Virus record (IMG/VR): IMGVR_UViG_3300047994_000374
Coordinates: 124,001-188,000 of that record
Length of the DNA stretch: 64,000 nucleotides
Reading direction: 5' to 3' (one strand)
Shown here in pieces: positions 61,001-64,000 of the stretch. The notes beneath the pieces were generated by a model. That model made no database searches, was not told where the DNA came from, and saw nothing but the letters and a program-made list of their open reading frames with translations. The translations under genes were made by a program, and so were the position numbers. Numbering within the stretch: the first letter of the stretch is position 1; each line of letters opens with the position of its first letter.

Positions 61001-62150
61001 TATCAAATCCAAAAGGACTTCCGCCATATGCACCCATGTCTTTAATGAGTTCAAAATTTCCTGATACACGACCATAACTATCGGTGGTTTTTGGGGTAAA
61101 ATTCGATCCGCTCAATGATCCAGTAACCGTCAGAAGCGTATCAACGGGTTGTGCTGGCAATTGTCCATTTGCGATATCATCAATCCGACGACGATTAATG
61201 GTTTTATTTGCATCGGCTGCAATTTGACCTAATACAAAGTTATTTTTTGGATTGGTTGGATCGCCTGTATTGCTTTTATCTTGGTAAATATAAGTGTCAG
61301 TATTTTGAACTTCGTTAGTTCCGAGGACAACGACATCTACCTTGCCTCCGGAGCCTTCAGAAATGACCGTTAAAACGCCATTCTCCACAGCTGATACAGT
61401 TCCATCCCTGGTCATCAAAGGATTACCTGGACCGATTACAGCCGCATCTTGAACGCCTGTTGTTCCAAGCGCTGCATTCAAATATCCTAATGTCGTTCCA
61501 ACGCTTGATCCAGAGAACGCAGATAGAATTCGATTTCGAAAAGCAGCATCTGTTTCTTGATCTGTTCCGCCATTAAAAGCATTTACATTGGTTACATTAT
61601 TGACACCAGAAATCGATGTAGATGATAAAGCATATTGCCCTATGTTGCTGGATGAACCTGGAGCCGATGCAATAACCGTCACTTGAATAGCGTATTGATC
61701 TGTAATGCCAGCAAATGCTAATTGAGCTTGAAATTGCGTGGCAACAGAACGATAATAATTAAGATTAGATGGAATTAGTGAAACGCCCGTATTAACAACG
61801 AATGATAACCCATTGTTTGCCGTGATACTCGCGCCCTTGTTTACATTGATTGTCGCATTAAGTGATGAAAATGTAAGTAAAGCAATTCCGGTAGAAGTTG
61901 TGGATTGCTTTCGAATAAGACCGAAATTTTTTGCTAATTTATCTAAATCTGAGCCAACAGAAAGGCGAAGTGACTGTTTGTTTGAAATTCCAGAAAGCTC
62001 ATCATATAATAAAGAAAGTTGGGCTGCGGGACCTTCAATAAATAGATCGCGAGCTACTGAACCGGGCGAGGTCGTCATGTTAGGCTGCGCCAGACGAAAA
62101 AAATCGAGCAGATTTAAAATAATTTCTGACGATGACCTTAAGTTTACCAA
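58056..62150 (-). CDS. Baseplate J-like protein with large insertion
   Basis: PGSVARDLFI, DLDKLAKNFGLIRK, G..SNI, GGTDQETDAAFRNRI, GGKVDVVV. Confidence 0.85.
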   Translation of the reverse strand: MVNLRSSSEIILNLLDFFRLAQPNMTTSPGSVARDLFIEGPAAQLSLLYDELSGISNKQSLRLSVGSDLDKLAKNFGLIRKQSTTSTGIALLTFSSLNATINVNKGASITANNGLSFVVNTGVSLIPSNLNYYRSVATQFQAQLAFAGITDQYAIQVTVIASAPGSSSNIGQYALSSTSISGVNNVTNVNAFNGGTDQETDAAFRNRILSAFSGSSVGTTLGYLNAALGTTGVQDAAVIGPGNPLMTRDGTVSAVENGVLTVISEGSGGKVDVVVLGTNEVQNTDTYIYQDKSNTGDPTNPKNNFVLGQIAADANKTINRRRIDDIANGQLPAQPVDTLLTVTGSLSGSNFTPKTTDSYGRVSGNFELIKDMGAYGGSPFGFDTFAWTSNAIDFQEDIVKGQNNGQDATTFTDVTEITSATQNLNITNENSAVTTDRSIIQLIHTPAASVTRVFNTNTGERYVVTNQNYDNTPTYNLTGRIQISGNTLPSPSDVLQVDYTWIIGFDPYSDFDGLKSTENPRPSTDSIDWGYASAVRNELIEFTAVTGNNYFIGNTSHPIDTVISTDNYLKIDGYIQQVQSGIFTGRLSVVTSFLAIATNTVDSVVLTNSNVELYDTAQSNGSFTSIPIVVGTNLLYTTTIILPSDAVASVNDVVSVYLNSTNVYQSSTAQGSSSGTQITIPSSLINTTGDSIVLKVTYIANVSDLYSSAVTSLPASRCGNGYNTLNNNGFNNFSIVNVSRRENQIVQKNLSNQYFVELSINTTDYSLLQGQVISIIRLSDGKELWNENNGGQIVNGTDGNYQLILTGFNAPVTNDRVLILYYALDVRRFQPFSFNNEVIKTSVNQLSLDVATNSFTVPISSFTAQVSGLSFNVIDANSDGYYFVVSDGYLSFNGSGQAQVTSPTVNFSTLPDITNKVVKIINASTPNNNGTYDILSYNASTNEITITLTTSHLIKDQIAVVRLLDGQELWNYSGTIDLVNNRLLIPVSTNASVGDEVFVMFFNFQNIRQAPTRIIGTIADQNVNTGVINIAGTTMTLAQDIVFTATATGLYQNLQEALRKTLNLNSSASIPSNIKIAKIVKLEKVDTYTIGSDIVLETLATYDIKNTTLSSNLYYAEDMLANPALSSLDFILPNTVNNSSTGATNNLPAIGDQLRITFYYTTDNDQESLSFTRIGTLYTNKKFALINKMYVSSGFGASQATKFTATSFTKPNLGARYTAFYDYLAPKQNERIVIQYNYNKLISDVTFSVENSRPINADVLVRGDKLAQLDLTINVVIAANYLNSTTTVLQNLRNQLVTALTSTTLGETIDQVTLINVAQAVTGISRARILYFNQTGLKGQILTFNANGDQGFEPNNIIINTEVR

Positions 62151-62160
62151 AATCGCTCCT

Positions 62161-62176
62161 TATATAACTATATATC
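62161..62176 (-). promoter_or_regulatory. GATATATAGTTATATA promoter candidate
   Basis: Intergenic, followed by AGGAG SD. Confidence 0.55.
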
Positions 62177-62192
62177 GCTTACTTTCTTATAT

Positions 62193-62636
62193 TTATTGAT
62201 TTGTTTGGATATTTGAAACAGTAAATCCTGTAGAAACTTGTTGGAAGCCCTTGGTTATAACATTGATTGTGATGCTAAAAAGTCGCGGATCAATAGTGCT
62301 TCGTCCAACATCTAATGCTAAAATTGCAGCTAACTGTTCATCTGCACTTACCTGTTGAAAAGATTTTACTTGAAGCGCTTGAAGCTGTTGTAAATTAGTG
62401 AGCGCTGTATTAAGTTGTGATTTGGCAATTTGAACAAGAGCATCTGATGCCATAGCAGAACCAATAATCGAGCGAGACAAATAAGATCCATAGCCTGGCT
62501 GACTTGGATTACTACCGATATCTGTTAAGCAAATTTTTAATATATCTTGTGTGAGTTTTGCCGCATCTTTAACGGTCTGTAATTGACCGTTTGCGATAAC
62601 TAAGTCGCCATTCACCAATTGTAAGTCAAAAGACAT
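62193..62636 (-). CDS. gp25/GPW-like baseplate wedge subunit
   Basis: DLQLVNGDL, L.QDILK..LT..GSNP..PGYGS, DPR; directly upstream of baseplate J. Confidence 0.75.
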   Translation of the reverse strand: MSFDLQLVNGDLVIANGQLQTVKDAAKLTQDILKICLTDIGSNPSQPGYGSYLSRSIIGSAMASDALVQIAKSQLNTALTNLQQLQALQVKSFQQVSADEQLAAILALDVGRSTIDPRLFSITINVITKGFQQVSTGFTVSNIQTNQ

Positions 62637-62650
62637 ATTTCCTCACAATG

Positions 62651-62663
62651 ATGCAAAATTATT
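62651..62663 (-). promoter_or_regulatory. Late-type promoter candidate AATAATTTTGCAT
   Basis: AATA-N5-GCAT followed by GAGG SD. Confidence 0.45.
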
Positions 62664-62676
62664 AGGACAGTCTTAA

Positions 62677-64000
62677 TTAAACGTTGGAGGCATTGTTATT
62701 TAATGTGTCCGCAAATATAATGTCCATTATTTGATATAATCCTTGAATATTATAAGCTAAAGTAGCCATGGCACCTGGAAGATTGCCTGTGTTATCTACA
62801 TTGGTTCCGAGAGCTTGGTTCATTCGGTTAATTGAATCGCTATCCAGAAATTCCAGTAAATCTGTTTCACTCATCAAATACAATCCGCCCATAATCGCAA
62901 TAATATCGCAAAGACCAAATCCAGAATACTCGCCCATAATCTGCTCAATGGTTTGAAGGGCTTGTCCAGCTTGATTTAACTGCTGATCTCGTAATGAATT
63001 AAGTTTGTCCAAGGTTGTTGTAGCATTGTCACCATAAGATGAACTTGAATCTGTTCCAAAGGTTAATGAGAATGCCTTAAAAGCGAATGAACCAACATCA
63101 GGTGTAGAATTATCGGTTGAACCTGCGCTTGTTAAATTATTAATTGTGGTTTGTGCTGACTTAAAAATAATATCAATATCTTTAGGCGTAACTAAATTTG
63201 ATGACATTGTGGATGAGATAATTACTGGCTGGCTTGTAATACCACCCTCAACACCACTGGAAGAAACCTTGGGTAAGAAATAATAAAGACCCTGCGCTTT
63301 TTGGACGATCTTAAGTGATTCAACTAATTTCGTCATCATACTTTGAATAATAGATAAATATTGCGCGAAAGAATTTTGTTGTGAATAAATATTGGCAGAA
63401 CTTACTTGATTAACAAGCACGCTATCTTGAATTGTTTTTACCGACTTAATATAATCAATAATATTTTGATTTGCCGTCCCCACATCTTGACTTTGTGCAA
63501 ATTTTTCTCGAATAATCTTTTCAAGTAATGGTCGTTGAGCATAAGCCGTCGCACTTGCCTTTAAAAAAGTCTGATCTGGAACAAATGGAACAGCCACTCG
63601 TTTAGCTACATTGGCATGAGTTCCCGAATCAACCGGATAAACACTAAAGTCAATGCGAGGATCGACAATAAATGGTTTTATGATATGGCTATGTGATCCC
63701 AATAAATTTAGATTAGGGAAATTGCCATTTGCATCTTGAAAATTAGCTAATGGAACTTCAACATTTCCGACTAAACTTGACATTCCATTTTGATTTAAAG
63801 AGTATGACTGATTTAATGGATTGATATCAAATGCGTCAGAACTAATTGTAAATGGAGCGTTGAATTGACGAATATTAATTGTGCTATTAACGCCATAAGT
63901 CCCAGATGTTAATGCTAAAACACTTGAATCAATGCTGCCAGGAATAGAAAACACTTTCGCGTTATTTACTACATACTGTTCTCGTGCAAAAGATAATTTT
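62677..64000 (-). CDS. Partial structural-module protein (5' end outside the window)
   Basis: Frame stays open from 63954 to the window edge. Confidence 0.6.
   Translation of the reverse strand, partial: KLSFAREQYVVNNAKVFSIPGSIDSSVLALTSGTYGVNSTINIRQFNAPFTISSDAFDINPLNQSYSLNQNGMSSLVGNVEVPLANFQDANGNFPNLNLLGSHSHIIKPFIVDPRIDFSVYPVDSGTHANVAKRVAVPFVPDQTFLKASATAYAQRPLLEKIIREKFAQSQDVGTANQNIIDYIKSVKTIQDSVLVNQVSSANIYSQQNSFAQYLSIIQSMMTKLVESLKIVQKAQGLYYFLPKVSSSGVEGGITSQPVIISSTMSSNLVTPKDIDIIFKSAQTTINNLTSAGSTDNSTPDVGSFAFKAFSLTFGTDSSSSYGDNATTTLDKLNSLRDQQLNQAGQALQTIEQIMGEYSGFGLCDIIAIMGGLYLMSETDLLEFLDSDSINRMNQALGTNVDNTGNLPGAMATLAYNIQGLYQIMDIIFADTLNNNASNV

Noticed and set aside
725-62956. Numerous 60-130 aa ORFs antisense or out of frame within long genes (e.g. 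1803-2045, 24209-24556, 47873-48181, 61813-62199)
   Set aside because: Shadow ORFs of well-supported genes with no SD or recognisable motifs.
1-64000. Genome-wide stop codon reassignment
   Set aside because: Long genes are intact in code 11; TAA and TGA end most genes and TAG ends 26908 and 30577. The two in-frame TAAs are isolated.
1-64000. CRISPR array, tRNA or rRNA genes
   Set aside because: No regularly spaced repeats or cloverleaf-like sequences seen; intergenic gaps are short. A covariance-model scan was not possible.

Overview
This is an AT-rich, densely coding fragment of a large tailed (jumbo-type, myovirus-like) bacteriophage genome in the standard genetic code, with most genes on the minus strand. 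0-13 kb: modular tail fibre/tailspike genes flanking a divergent plus-strand block (HExxH protein, FAD oxidoreductase, DEDDh exonuclease, GT-B protein, macro-like protein). 13-33 kb: metabolism, replication and lysis (MetAP, PIN-PhoH, class Id-like NrdA/NrdB, sigma factor, DnaB, DnaC-like loader, GIY-YIG endonuclease, SF2 helicase, GH25 endolysin, tubulin/FtsZ-family GTPase, Dam-like methylase). 33-43 kb: a sugar-modification cluster (SDR epimerase, two GT2, SAM methyltransferase, a GT4 broken at a T11 tract) interrupted by putative homing endonucleases. 44-64 kb: baseplate/virion genes with a solo tnpB plus omega-RNA-like 3' end. The two most novel-looking signals are (1) a shared C-terminal peptide motif on eight small proteins from at least three unrelated families, a candidate sorting or docking tag, and (2) strong enrichment of the tripeptide DGY in virion proteins of a phage carrying its own glycosylation enzymes, a candidate modification sequon. 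Three promoter classes and several frameshifts or in-frame stops are also visible. All functional calls come from motif recognition by eye; no searches were run.
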